Of a stretch of DNA of 58,753 nt, positions 8,766 through 17,802 are shown in pieces. Both the position numbers and the translations under genes were made by a program. Numbering within the stretch: the first letter of the stretch is position 1; each line of letters starts with the position of its first letter. The DNA lies in assembly GCA_024224665.1 (NCBI GenBank), contig JAAENG010000331.1, positions 1 through 58,753 on the forward strand. The letters are read 5' to 3'. This DNA is from Chloroflexota bacterium (GTDB taxonomy: Bacteria; Chloroflexota; Anaerolineae; J102). The notes below the pieces were generated by a model. It had not been told where the DNA came from. It saw only the letters and a list, made by a program, of their open reading frames with translations, and did no database searches.

Positions 8766-10037
8766 CTACATGTCGAAAGCCCATTCGCCAGCACGCATCA
8801 CAGGCTCCACCTGTCCATCCTCTCGTACACCATCGATGTCCAGAGCGTCCGAGCCGATCATGAAATCGACATGAATGAGGCTGTAATTGCAGCCGGCCTG
8901 CAGCAGTTCCTCTTGGGACATCAGGTCGGCGCCTTGCAGATTCATGTTGTAGGCACGGCCCAAGGCAACATGGCTGGCGGCATTTTCATCGTAGAGGGTG
9001 TTGTAATAGAGCCTTTGGGTCTGGGCGATGGGCGTACTGTGGGCGACGAGCGCCACCTCGCCCAGGTGTGCGGCGCCTTCGTCGCTGTCGATCATAGCCT
9101 GCAAGATCTCCTCACCGCGGCTCGCGGAAACGCTCACGGCACGACCCTGCTCGAACCTGACGCTGAAATCCTCGATTAACGCCCCGCCGTAGTTCAGCGG
9201 CAGCGAGGCGCTTACAACCCCCTCGGCTTCGAGGCGATGCGGCAGCGTGAAGATCTCTTCGGTGGGAAGATTGGGGGTGAAGGGGATACCCAGTTCACTG
9301 TCGCTGCGGGCGCCTTTCCAGATATGGCCTTTAGGTAGCCCCAGCGTGAGGTCTGTACCCGGGCCTTTGTATTTCAATGCCAAATACTGCTTCGTGTTTA
9401 GATAGTGGCTGCGTTGTCTGAGGCTGCTGATATGATCTTGCCAGACCTGCACCGGGTCGGGTAGATCCAAACGGCAGAGTTCAAAAATAGTATCCCACAG
9501 TTTTGAAACAGCATCTGCCGCAGGGATATCCGGGAAGACTTTTCGAGCCCATCCTCCTGTCGCAGTTCCGATCACCAACCAATTAACGCGATTGCGCGTG
9601 ACATAGTGCATGGTGGGTTCTATAAGCTGCCAACGTCGCCTCTGCACTTTGTTCACCAACTCAGGGTTTTGCCCTTTCAACAGATCGGGATCATTTCCGC
9701 GAATGGAGATCAGAGCGCCACCCCCTTTGACATGTTCCTCCATGCCGTCGGCCTGCCAGGACATGTATTCATCAAAGGAGTGGCGTGGGGCATGGTTGAA
9801 GCGGGCGAGCTTCAGGCCATCATCCTCCCACATGACATCCACCAGGCTGGCGCCGGCATCGTAAGCTTTTGCGGCCACCAGTCTTGCCAGGGGGGCGCTT
9901 TCAGGTGGTACGCGCCACATTAGCAGGCGTTGTCCGGGCTGCAGATTGAGCCCGACGTTGATCGCCAGTTCAGCATAATGTGCTAGCATCGAGTCGAGAT
10001 CGTATGACATCGTTTTATATTCCTTGAAGACCGCCAC
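8766..10037 (-). CDS. Aminopeptidase, M29 (AmpS/PepS/aminopeptidase T) family
   Basis: N-terminus MSYDLDSMLAHYAELAINVGLNLQPGQRLL and a ~410-aa length are typical of thermophilic-type M29 metalloaminopeptidases. An alternative start lies at 10010. Confidence 0.85.
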   Translation of the reverse strand: MAVFKEYKTMSYDLDSMLAHYAELAINVGLNLQPGQRLLMWRVPPESAPLARLVAAKAYDAGASLVDVMWEDDGLKLARFNHAPRHSFDEYMSWQADGMEEHVKGGGALISIRGNDPDLLKGQNPELVNKVQRRRWQLIEPTMHYVTRNRVNWLVIGTATGGWARKVFPDIPAADAVSKLWDTIFELCRLDLPDPVQVWQDHISSLRQRSHYLNTKQYLALKYKGPGTDLTLGLPKGHIWKGARSDSELGIPFTPNLPTEEIFTLPHRLEAEGVVSASLPLNYGGALIEDFSVRFEQGRAVSVSASRGEEILQAMIDSDEGAAHLGEVALVAHSTPIAQTQRLYYNTLYDENAASHVALGRAYNMNLQGADLMSQEELLQAGCNYSLIHVDFMIGSDALDIDGVREDGQVEPVMRAGEWAFDM

Positions 10038-10127
10038 AGGTGTGAGAGCCTCCCTTATTTGAGTTGAACTTGAACTATCAATGGTAAATCAGGTTGGCTG
10101 GGATGCCCTAATTGTGCACATTGACTT

Positions 10128-10505
10128 TTGGATATGAAATCCATACCGAACCCCACCTATCGTTTGCAATCTGACATTGGCCTGGGCTATTCTGTAGATA
10201 TTCCTGAAGTCCAGCAAATGATCAAGGACGCCGTTCGTGAAGTTGACAGTGTCTTACCGGACAAGCCGCTAGATGTGTGGTTCACCGAATTTGCCGAGTC
10301 ATCGAACACCTTCCGCGTGCGCTGGTGGGTTGCATCCTACACCGAGAAACGCCGAAGCTGCGATGCCGTGAATAGGGCCATTCAGGAATTAGCGAATCGA
10401 GAAGGCATCGATATGCCCGATCCGACACTCATGCTCGATAATAGAGTTGTCTTGAGCGATGAAATCAGCCGGAGAGTAGCTAATGCAGCTGAAGAATCTA
10501 GCTAG
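10128..10505 (+). pseudogene. C-terminal fragment of an MscS-family mechanosensitive channel (TM and pore part missing)
   Basis: GLGYSVDIPEVQQMIKDAVREVDSVLPDKPLDVWFTEFAESSNTFRVRWWV matches the MscS cytoplasmic beta/alpha-beta domain. Only ~90 nt separate it from the upstream gene, so there is no room for the TM helices. Confidence 0.7.
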
Positions 10506-10541
10506 TCACTGCCAGCACAAAAGGATACAGTGAGGTCTTAA

Positions 10542-11099
10542 GTGTCTGAATTCACTGAGCAGGCGGTACTGGTCGATGAATTGTTTATGGAGCAGCAAAA
10601 GGAGGAGGCCAAGCACAAACCACCTAATTGGCATAGACAGGTGGCCATGTCGACGCTGTTCTTGGCAATGTTCGCCGCCATCGGCGCCTTGATGGCGGGT
10701 GTTACCTCTCACGAAATCGTTCTGCAGCGTACCGAGGAACTTCTGGAAGTCTCGGTCTCAGAGAATGATCGAGTAAATATCGAGGTACTCAAGGCCAAAC
10801 ATGAGATCCTAGAGGCTTTGGCGGAGTCTCCAGACTCGGCTGAGATTGCCAGACTCGAGGTTTGGAAAGAAGAAATCGACCGCTTGGAACGTGACGAACG
10901 TGAGCTAGAGATGAAGATTCAATCGGCGATATCTGTCCATCTGATTTTCGCTATGTCGGTTACTGTTCTTTCATTCGCTATCACGCTCTGCGGTATGGCG
11001 GTGATCGTGGAGCAGAAATTCCTGTGGATTGCCGGCTCGATCCTTGGCGCTGTAGGTATCATTGGCGTAGTGACAGGCATCGTTATTTGGTCCTTTTAG
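10542..11099 (+). CDS. DUF4337-like membrane protein (N-terminal TM, coiled coil, C-terminal TMs)
   Basis: GTG start. The layout (short acidic N-terminus, TM STLFLAMFAAIGALMAGV, long helical region, two C-terminal TMs) resembles DUF4337. The family assignment is from memory only. Confidence 0.5.
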   Translation: MSEFTEQAVLVDELFMEQQKEEAKHKPPNWHRQVAMSTLFLAMFAAIGALMAGVTSHEIVLQRTEELLEVSVSENDRVNIEVLKAKHEILEALAESPDSAEIARLEVWKEEIDRLERDERELEMKIQSAISVHLIFAMSVTVLSFAITLCGMAVIVEQKFLWIAGSILGAVGIIGVVTGIVIWSF

Positions 11100-11271
11100 T
11101 GCAAGGGATTGCCATGTCTGAATTGCACTTCTTCACTGATAAACCTCCGCATATACCCATCCTTGATGCTCGAAACAATGCGCCTTTTCTGGCCAACGTT
11201 TCAGTCATATACACTGCGTCCCACCTGGACGTCAAGCCATCCCCAACTTTCACTTACTTCAGGAGAACACC

Positions 11272-11823
11272 ATGAGTACCCTAATCGCCATCACTTATGA
11301 CGATGAAAAATCCGGGCTTGCAGCCTTCGATGCTTTGGGCGACATGCAGAAACAGCAGATACTCGAACTCGAAGATGCAGCCTTCGCCACAAAAGATGAA
11401 AACGGCAAGGTCAAGGTTACCGATACGCTGGAGAAACAGTATACCGGCATGTCGACGACCTGGGGCTTCTTCTGGGGCTTCCTGATCGGCCTGATCTTCG
11501 GCGGCCCCCTTTTCTGGGGTCTGTTTTCGGCTCTGTTCTCACGTATCCTCGCCAAACGCAGAGATGTGGGTATCGACAATGATTTTATGGAAGAAGTGGC
11601 CGATTCGCTGGAACCTGGTGGCTCCGCTATTTTCATCCTTGCTGTCAAGGCCACCAAAGATAAAGTCGTCGCCGAACTGCAAAAATATGGCGGGCATGTT
11701 GCCAGCACCTCCCTGTCTGAAGAGGATGAGGCAGCTCTGAAAGGGGTCCTGGAGCATCCGGAGATCAAGGCTGGCGCTGAAGATCACCTCGATCTGGAGG
11801 ACGCATCAGGTGACGATAGCTAG
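11272..11823 (+). CDS. DUF1269 membrane protein
   Basis: MSTLIAITYDDEKSGLAAFDALGDMQKQQILELEDAAFATKDENGKVKV, followed by a glycine-zipper TM (WGFFWGFLIGLIFGGPLFWG), is the characteristic DUF1269 architecture. Confidence 0.8.
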   Translation: MSTLIAITYDDEKSGLAAFDALGDMQKQQILELEDAAFATKDENGKVKVTDTLEKQYTGMSTTWGFFWGFLIGLIFGGPLFWGLFSALFSRILAKRRDVGIDNDFMEEVADSLEPGGSAIFILAVKATKDKVVAELQKYGGHVASTSLSEEDEAALKGVLEHPEIKAGAEDHLDLEDASGDDS

Positions 11824-11923
11824 GTGCGACAACTGAGACCAGAGATGGGTGTATTGGAGACTTGGTGTGTGATTCAAGCGTAATCCGACGTACCTATCCT
11901 CTCAAGACAAGGAGGTAATTGAT

Positions 11924-13651
11924 TTGAGTTATCTCAGTTCGCTCAAACCGGATATGAAGACCTTACCCAAGGACATCATCGTCGGTTTCTCTACCGGCCT
12001 GTTTAGCATCCCCGAGGGCATGGCCTACGCTTCGTTGGCTGGTGTCCACCCGGTCTACGGGCTTTATTCGGGCATGGTCTCGACCCTGGTGGCAGCGCTG
12101 TCTACCGGCACCATCTTGATGATCAGCACGCTGACCAGCGCCATTGCCCTGTCCACTGCCAGTGCCCTGTCAATGGCCGGCGTTGATGCCAACGCCAATC
12201 CCAATGCCCTATTTACGATCACGTTCCTCGTGGGTGTTACTATGTTCGTCGCCGGCCTGCTACGGCTGGGCAAACTTGTTAGTTTCGTCTCCAATGCTGT
12301 CATGACCGGCTTTGTACTGGGCGCCTCAATGTTGATCATAATCGGAGAGTTGGGAGATTTCTTCGGCTATGATCCCACCGGGGCCAACGACTTTGTCGAG
12401 ATAATCAACTGGTTTGTCAACATCGGCCAATGGGACTTAACGACCACGATGGTGGGGGTGAGCACGATTGTCATGGTCGTGGCGCTGAAACGCTTTAAGA
12501 AGACCGAGAAGATGGCCTCTATCATCGCTTTGCTGGTCATGTCTGTTGTCGTCTTTGTGCTTAAGCTACCCGTGGCGCTGGTGGAATCGATCGGTACCAT
12601 CCCCAGAAGCCTGCCGACGCCCATGCTCCCTGGTTTCAGCCTAATCCCCCAATTGGCACTTGGTTCAGTTTCTGTCGCCATCGTTGCCCTTGTACAGGGC
12701 GCAGGCATCAGCACTGCCTACCCGAATCCCGACAAGAGTAAGTCCAGCCAGAATCGCGACTTCATCGGCGAGGGTCTGGGCAACCTGGCCGGCAGCTTCT
12801 TCCAATCGATGGGCACCGGCGGCTCCCTCTCCCGTACCAGCATCAGCGGCAGCGGCGGAGCCAAATCCCGCTGGGGTGGCATCTTTGCTGCCCTCTGGTT
12901 GGCGCTCATCGTCCTGCTCTTCGGCCCTCTGGCCGAATTGGTGCCCCTGGCGGTTATCGCCGGGTTGCTCTTCGTCATTGGTTATGAGTTGATCAGCGCT
13001 CGCCTGCCCAGCGCCATCCTCATCCACAGGGTTTCTCTGAGTTCTGCAGCGGCCATGTGGGTGACCTTTCTCTCAGCCCTTTTCATTCCGCTACAGTGGA
13101 CGATTTTCCTTGGCGCCGGCCTTTCATTATTGCTATACGTCTGGGCATCCTCCCAGAACGTGAAAGTGCATCACTTGCTGAAGAACGAGCAGGGTCGCTT
13201 TGAAGAACAAGACATGCCCGATGTATACCCCTCCAACCAGGCTACGGTCGTTTCGATGGGCGGTACAGACTTCTTCGCCGAAGTTCCAATTGTCGAGGAA
13301 GAACTTCCCTCAAAGGAAGGGGTACAAAATGCGGTGGTGATCTTCCGTGTTCGTGGCCATGAGAGTGCAAGCAGTACCGGCATGAAGTTCGTGCAGCGCT
13401 ACACACAAGAACTCAAGCAATCTGGGAATCTGTTGATGCTGACCGGAGTGCAACCGCACGTCATGGATGTGTTGAAGCGCACCGAGATCATGGACCTGAT
13501 CGGAGAAGAGAACATATTCCCGGTTCAAGCTGGCTATGGCGCTTCGACCGATACAGCACTTGAAGCTGCACAGGTGTGGATTGACAAACAACCCGATTCG
13601 CAGCTTGCTGCAAGCGACGAATCCACGTCTGACGATCAAGATCAGGCATAG
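11924..13651 (+). CDS. SulP-family anion (sulfate/bicarbonate) permease with C-terminal STAS domain
   Basis: 575 aa, TTG start 7 nt after AAGGAGG. It has the multi-TM SulP core and a STAS-like tail (VVIFRVRGHESASSTGMKFV...LMLTGVQPHVMDVLKRT). Confidence 0.9.
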   Translation: MSYLSSLKPDMKTLPKDIIVGFSTGLFSIPEGMAYASLAGVHPVYGLYSGMVSTLVAALSTGTILMISTLTSAIALSTASALSMAGVDANANPNALFTITFLVGVTMFVAGLLRLGKLVSFVSNAVMTGFVLGASMLIIIGELGDFFGYDPTGANDFVEIINWFVNIGQWDLTTTMVGVSTIVMVVALKRFKKTEKMASIIALLVMSVVVFVLKLPVALVESIGTIPRSLPTPMLPGFSLIPQLALGSVSVAIVALVQGAGISTAYPNPDKSKSSQNRDFIGEGLGNLAGSFFQSMGTGGSLSRTSISGSGGAKSRWGGIFAALWLALIVLLFGPLAELVPLAVIAGLLFVIGYELISARLPSAILIHRVSLSSAAAMWVTFLSALFIPLQWTIFLGAGLSLLLYVWASSQNVKVHHLLKNEQGRFEEQDMPDVYPSNQATVVSMGGTDFFAEVPIVEEELPSKEGVQNAVVIFRVRGHESASSTGMKFVQRYTQELKQSGNLLMLTGVQPHVMDVLKRTEIMDLIGEENIFPVQAGYGASTDTALEAAQVWIDKQPDSQLAASDESTSDDQDQA

Positions 13652-13738
13652 GTTCGAGGCATGGGAGGAGGTCACGAGCCTCCTCCCATCGCCCACATAC
13701 CTCTTTGCCGTCGAGATCGAACTCCACAAGAAACTCTA

Positions 13739-14584
13739 ATGAGTGAAATCTTGCAAGTACTTATGAACCTGTCTGTGCTCGTTTTTGTGATAACGAGCAT
13801 GTTGGCGATGGGCTTGAACCTGACCGTCAAACAGATAGTCGAGCCACTTCGTAATACCCGGCTGGTGATCTTAGCCTTGGTCGCCAACTTCGTCCTGATA
13901 CCTATCCTCGCCTATCTCATCCTCGCTGTGATCAAGCTCGACCAGGGTTTGGCGACCGGGCTGATCCTCATGGCGACGGCTGCCGGCGCCCCCTTCCTGC
14001 CCAAACTGGCGCAGGCGGCCAAGGGCAACATGGCCTTTTCTGTTGGGCTCATGGTGTTGCTCATGATCGTCACGATCGTCTACATGCCGTTGGTGCTGCC
14101 ACTATTGTTGCAGGGTGTGGAAGTGAATCCATTAGAGATCGCCCGCTCTCTCATCATCATGATGTTGATACCATTGGCGATTGGTCTTTTCGTCAAAGCG
14201 CGTTATGAGTCGATCGCCGAATCCTTACAGCCGCATATGTCCCAGACCTCCACGGTGGCTATTGCTATCCTTATGGTGACAGGGCTTGTTCTGAACTGGC
14301 AGGCAATTGTCGGCGTCCTCGGCACGGGTACCATCATCGCTATCGCTGTTTTCCTGCTCGGTGCTTTGGCAATCGGATATTTTCTGGGCGGAAAGGATGC
14401 CGGCATTCGTTCTGTGTTGGGATTGGGAACCGCCCAGCGTAATCTCGCGGCAGCATTGGTAGTTGCGGCGCAGAATTTTGCAGATGACCCCAATGTCATT
14501 ACCATGATCCTGGTGGCCGGGTTGGTGGGTCTGGTATTACTCATGGTGGTAGGGGGCGAGCTGGGTAAACGCGCAACTGCCTGA
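13739..14584 (+). CDS. Bile acid:sodium symporter (BASS/SBF) family transporter
   Basis: ORF 13661..14584. The internal start MSEILQVLMNLSVLVFVITSMLAMGLNLTVKQIVEPLRN matches the BASS N-terminus. About 9-10 TM segments. Confidence 0.85.
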   Translation: MSEILQVLMNLSVLVFVITSMLAMGLNLTVKQIVEPLRNTRLVILALVANFVLIPILAYLILAVIKLDQGLATGLILMATAAGAPFLPKLAQAAKGNMAFSVGLMVLLMIVTIVYMPLVLPLLLQGVEVNPLEIARSLIIMMLIPLAIGLFVKARYESIAESLQPHMSQTSTVAIAILMVTGLVLNWQAIVGVLGTGTIIAIAVFLLGALAIGYFLGGKDAGIRSVLGLGTAQRNLAAALVVAAQNFADDPNVITMILVAGLVGLVLLMVVGGELGKRATA

Positions 14585-14633
14585 TTAAGTACGAGGTAGA
14601 TTTTTGGCTGCGGACCCTTGGAATACGGATGAG

Positions 14634-14673
14634 AGCTAACTCGGATATCATATCATCGATATCCGAGTTAGCT
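14634..14673 (+). terminator. Perfect 16-bp hairpin (agctaactcggatatc / gatatccgagttagct, 8-nt loop) downstream of the BASS gene
   Basis: Read directly. It is followed by a moderately T-rich stretch (ggttagcctttgtttatt). It could alternatively be an operator for the downstream K+ channel gene. Confidence 0.6.
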
Positions 14674-14727
14674 GGTTAGCCTTTGTTTATTCACAATCCC
14701 TGCATCCGCAGAAGGAGACACGAGATC

Positions 14728-15108
14728 ATGATTCCGATACTGGCGCCCTTTGTGTTGATGTGGACCTTCATCCGCGAATTGTACGATCTATTCAAATCGC
14801 CCCAATACCGGGCCATCCTGTACTGGATGGGGCTTCTATTGGTCACCGGCACCCTCTTTTACAATCGGGTCGAGGGCTGGGGATTGCTCGATTCACTCTA
14901 TTTTTCTGTTGTGACACTGGCTATCGTGGGTTACGGATATCTTTCGCCCACGACGCCTGCATCCAAGATATTTACGATAGTCTATATCCTTTTAGGCATA
15001 AGCTTCTTCATCAGCTTTGTGAGTCTGCTGGCCAAAGAGCGGCAGCTTATGTTCAAGCAAAGGACGCACGACAACGTTAGTGATCCTGCTGATACCGAAC
15101 ATGGTTGA
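14728..15108 (+). CDS. Small two-TM potassium channel (Ion_trans_2 type)
   Basis: Selectivity-filter-like TLAIVGYGYLSP lies between two TM helices. AAGGAG sits ~9 nt upstream of the ATG at 14728 (ORF 14683..15108). Confidence 0.8.
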   Translation: MIPILAPFVLMWTFIRELYDLFKSPQYRAILYWMGLLLVTGTLFYNRVEGWGLLDSLYFSVVTLAIVGYGYLSPTTPASKIFTIVYILLGISFFISFVSLLAKERQLMFKQRTHDNVSDPADTEHG

Positions 15109-15174
15109 ATGATGAAGGGCTATGTTAGGCGAGGGTGTATGGCTGCGAGTGAGGATTATCGATCTGATTTGGGC

Positions 15175-15207
15175 AAATAAAAAGGGGACGTGTTGGTTCA
15201 CGTCCCC
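15175..15207 (-). terminator. Rho-independent terminator for the SPFH gene
   Basis: Stem ggggacgtg/cacgtcccc (15184-15192 / 15199-15207). On the minus strand it is followed by TTTTTATTT. Confidence 0.7.
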
Positions 15208-15229
15208 TGTAATGTGTCGAGTTTGGTAA

Positions 15230-16279
15230 TCAATCCATCTCGTCTAGACGTTTTTCCCACTTACCGATAAGACGGCCATAGGTGGATTCGCTTATCTCGC
15301 CGTTGGCCAGACGCATGTCCAGGCTGTCGATCAGGGCCTGCACTTCGCCCTTGGTCTGCGGCGCCGAAGACTGGGGAGCGGCCTGTTGTTGCTGTGGCTG
15401 CATGGCCGGCTGCATCGCCTGGGCGATCATACCACCCAAACCCGCACCCATGCCGATGCCTGCACCCAACCCGACCCCTGCCGCAAGGCCTCCTCCTTCA
15501 CCACCACCGCCGCCTTCACCTGCAGCAACAGCTGCGTCGCCGATAGCTCGAGCCGCTTTGAAGCGCAGATAGGCGTTCATATCGCCGATGGCGCCCATAG
15601 CGGCGCGTTCGTCGATAGCCTGCAACGTCTCTTCGGTGGCAGAGATCGACTGTACAAAGACCTGTTTGAGGGTGATGCCTGACTGCTCGAAGGACTCGGA
15701 GAGTTTGACGCGTAGCGCCACCCCCAATTCGTCCATGAGCGCTGGTAGGTCGAAAAGACCGGCCTTCGTCTCCCCCAGGAGGTCGGTGAACCCGGCCACC
15801 ATTTGACCCCTGAGCCAGTCGCTGATCTCGCGGGTGCTATACATGCCCCGTTGTCCCACGACCTGCGCCACAAAGCGCTGGGCGTCGGAGACCTTCATCG
15901 AGTACGAACCAAAAGCGCGCAACCGCACCATACCCAGATCCTTATCGCGTACGGCCACCGGTTGCGGGGTCCCCCACTTCAGATCCAGCATATCGACTCT
16001 ATTCACAAAGTAGACTGAGGCCTTGAAGGGAGACTCGCCGTCGAAGGCAAGGCCGAGCAGGTTGATGAGCAGAGGAACGTTGGCCGTGGTCAGGGTGTGG
16101 CGGCCGGGGCCCATGGTGTCCAGGGCCTTACCATCGCGGAAAAAGACGCCGCTCTGACTCTCGCCGACGATCAGTTGCGATCCCAGACGGATATCGCCCC
16201 ACCCCTGTTGGGGTACGCGCAGAACCAAGTCTTCGGGACGCTGGTCGGGTGCTTCAATAATATCGAAAATACGCGGCAT
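15230..16279 (-). CDS. SPFH/band-7 superfamily protein of the COG4260 (YdjI-like) type, with a Gly-rich linker and SHOCT-like C-terminal tail
   Basis: ORF 15230..16432. The ATG at 16279 is preceded by GGAGAAACC. N-terminus MPRIFDIIEAPDQ...RVPQQGWGDIRLGSQLIVGESQSGVFFRDGKA fits COG4260. The tail LDMRLANGEISESTYGRLIGKWEKRL resembles SHOCT. Confidence 0.8.
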   Translation of the reverse strand: MPRIFDIIEAPDQRPEDLVLRVPQQGWGDIRLGSQLIVGESQSGVFFRDGKALDTMGPGRHTLTTANVPLLINLLGLAFDGESPFKASVYFVNRVDMLDLKWGTPQPVAVRDKDLGMVRLRAFGSYSMKVSDAQRFVAQVVGQRGMYSTREISDWLRGQMVAGFTDLLGETKAGLFDLPALMDELGVALRVKLSESFEQSGITLKQVFVQSISATEETLQAIDERAAMGAIGDMNAYLRFKAARAIGDAAVAAGEGGGGGEGGGLAAGVGLGAGIGMGAGLGGMIAQAMQPAMQPQQQQAAPQSSAPQTKGEVQALIDSLDMRLANGEISESTYGRLIGKWEKRLDEMD

Positions 16280-16360
16280 GGTGGTTTCTCCTGTTTGTGG
16301 TAATGATAGAATTGTGATTCGTGGGGGCGGGGCTTGCTCCCGCCCTTGGTGGTCGGCCGC

Positions 16361-16385
16361 AAAAGGGCGACCGCTAGGGTCGCCC
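16361..16385 (-). terminator. Intercistronic GC hairpin plus T-tract between the coiled-coil gene and the SPFH gene
   Basis: gggcgacc/ggtcgccc stem (16365-16372 / 16378-16385), directly after the TAG stop and followed on the minus strand by TTTT. A second hairpin gggcggg/cccgccc lies at 16325-16345. Confidence 0.55.
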
Positions 16386-16952
16386 CTACATGGTGATGTC
16401 GGGCTCATCAAGCGCCGGCATCGTATCGGCATCGCCCGTTACAAAGCTGATGACTTGCTCACGTTTGTCGAATTGTTCGTGCAGGCGGGCGAGCGCGCCC
16501 ATGAGCGCATCCGTTGCTTCGCCGAAGCCTTCACCGCTCTGAATGGCATCTCCGAGTGCGTCGATGCGCTGGTCGATCACGGGAATGGTCGCCGCCATCT
16601 GTTGGTCGAACGCAGCGAGACGGTCGAGTTCATCTTCACGGATTTCTTCGATATCAAAGAAGGGGGCGTAGCCATAAGCTGCCGTGCGGATGCGATCTAT
16701 CAGTAGTTGAAGTCGTCCCACGGCACGTTCCATCTCCGGAAGAACACGCAGATTGCCGGAGGATACCATGTCCAGTTGCAGGGCGCTGAGCTTACGCCGG
16801 TAGTTTTCCAGTTCTTGGGAGATGCGTTCACGCAAGCGTTTGTCCGCATCACGGCGCATATCCTTGCCGCGATAATCTTTGATCACCGGCAAGCCCGTGA
16901 TAGCGCCTTCGATCTTGGTCATACCTTCCTTGGCTCGGTCGTATAGACTCAT
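16386..16952 (-). CDS. Hypothetical coiled-coil protein (188 aa)
   Basis: AAGGAGG lies upstream of the ATG. The sequence is helical and charged (RLRERISQELENYRRKLSALQL...), and I recognise no family. Confidence 0.55.
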   Translation of the reverse strand: MSLYDRAKEGMTKIEGAITGLPVIKDYRGKDMRRDADKRLRERISQELENYRRKLSALQLDMVSSGNLRVLPEMERAVGRLQLLIDRIRTAAYGYAPFFDIEEIREDELDRLAAFDQQMAATIPVIDQRIDALGDAIQSGEGFGEATDALMGALARLHEQFDKREQVISFVTGDADTMPALDEPDITM

Positions 16953-17131
16953 GTAGAGACCTCCTTGTTTGAGAGATTGGAGATTTGAGTTAGCAAAGTG
17001 TGTGGGATATAGGTGTATGATGAGTTGCTGGTTTCAAGTCGCGAGCCGCAAGCTATCAGTTGTCAGCTAATCGTGCCTCGCCTGGAACTCGGGCAGACTG
17101 GCGTTCACGCAACACGCAACACGGACCACGT

Positions 17132-17662
17132 TCAATCCAGATGCAAAAACACCTCCGAACCGCACCAGGGGCATTCGATCACGCCTTTGCCGGCCAGTTC
17201 CAGTTCGCCGCCGCAATTGGGGCAACGATGATCTTCCTTGAGTTGTGACGCTTCCTTCGAGTAAAGGATGCCATCATTCCAGTTGATCGCTCCGGTGAAG
17301 AGCTGTTTCCCCACCAGATCGCGTACCAAGTCCTCTACCTCGGCGCGGGGAAGATTCAGTTCCAGGGCAAGTTCGCTGGATGTGACTTTGCCCTGAGCCA
17401 GAACCATGTTGAGGATCTGGCGCTGTTGTTTGGCTTTGGCCATTTTGGCCTCTTCGCCTCGACCTTTCAACAGCAAATAGGCGCCGATGGCGGCGATGGG
17501 TACGATCACGAAGATCAGCATGGTGACAAAGCCCAGGACCTGACCACCGATGCTAGCGCTTTCTTCGCTGAAAAGCTGTGTGCCCAAAAGGGCGGCGGAT
17601 GCCAGACAGATCACCAAGCTGGCGAGGATAAGAATGATTCCAGAGATGCGTCCAACATTCAT
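17132..17662 (-). CDS. Membrane protein with two N-terminal TMs, a winged-helix-like segment and a C-terminal Zn ribbon
   Basis: TMs are IILILASLVICLASAALLG and FVTMLIFVIVPIAAIGAYLLL. A wHTH-like segment is ILNMVLAQGKVTSSELALELNLPRAEVEDLVRDLV. The Zn ribbon is CPNCGG...CPWCG. Confidence 0.65.
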   Translation of the reverse strand: MNVGRISGIILILASLVICLASAALLGTQLFSEESASIGGQVLGFVTMLIFVIVPIAAIGAYLLLKGRGEEAKMAKAKQQRQILNMVLAQGKVTSSELALELNLPRAEVEDLVRDLVGKQLFTGAINWNDGILYSKEASQLKEDHRCPNCGGELELAGKGVIECPWCGSEVFLHLD

Positions 17663-17802
17663 GATTGTAATTTCCAGGTGTGGTCAAGGGGTTGAGGAAG
17701 GTGATGTTGGGGGTCGAAAAATGAGTGTACGGATACCGTCATAAGGTCGAGTTTGTAAGGTGGCGGGTTCAACATAGGATGTGGATCGACAGGGTTCTGG
17801 CA

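Noticed and set aside
16386-16952. Annotating the 188-aa coiled-coil protein as PspA/IM30
   Set aside because: Only position and helical character support this. I do not see the PspA N-terminal amphipathic-helix signature, so it is left as hypothetical.
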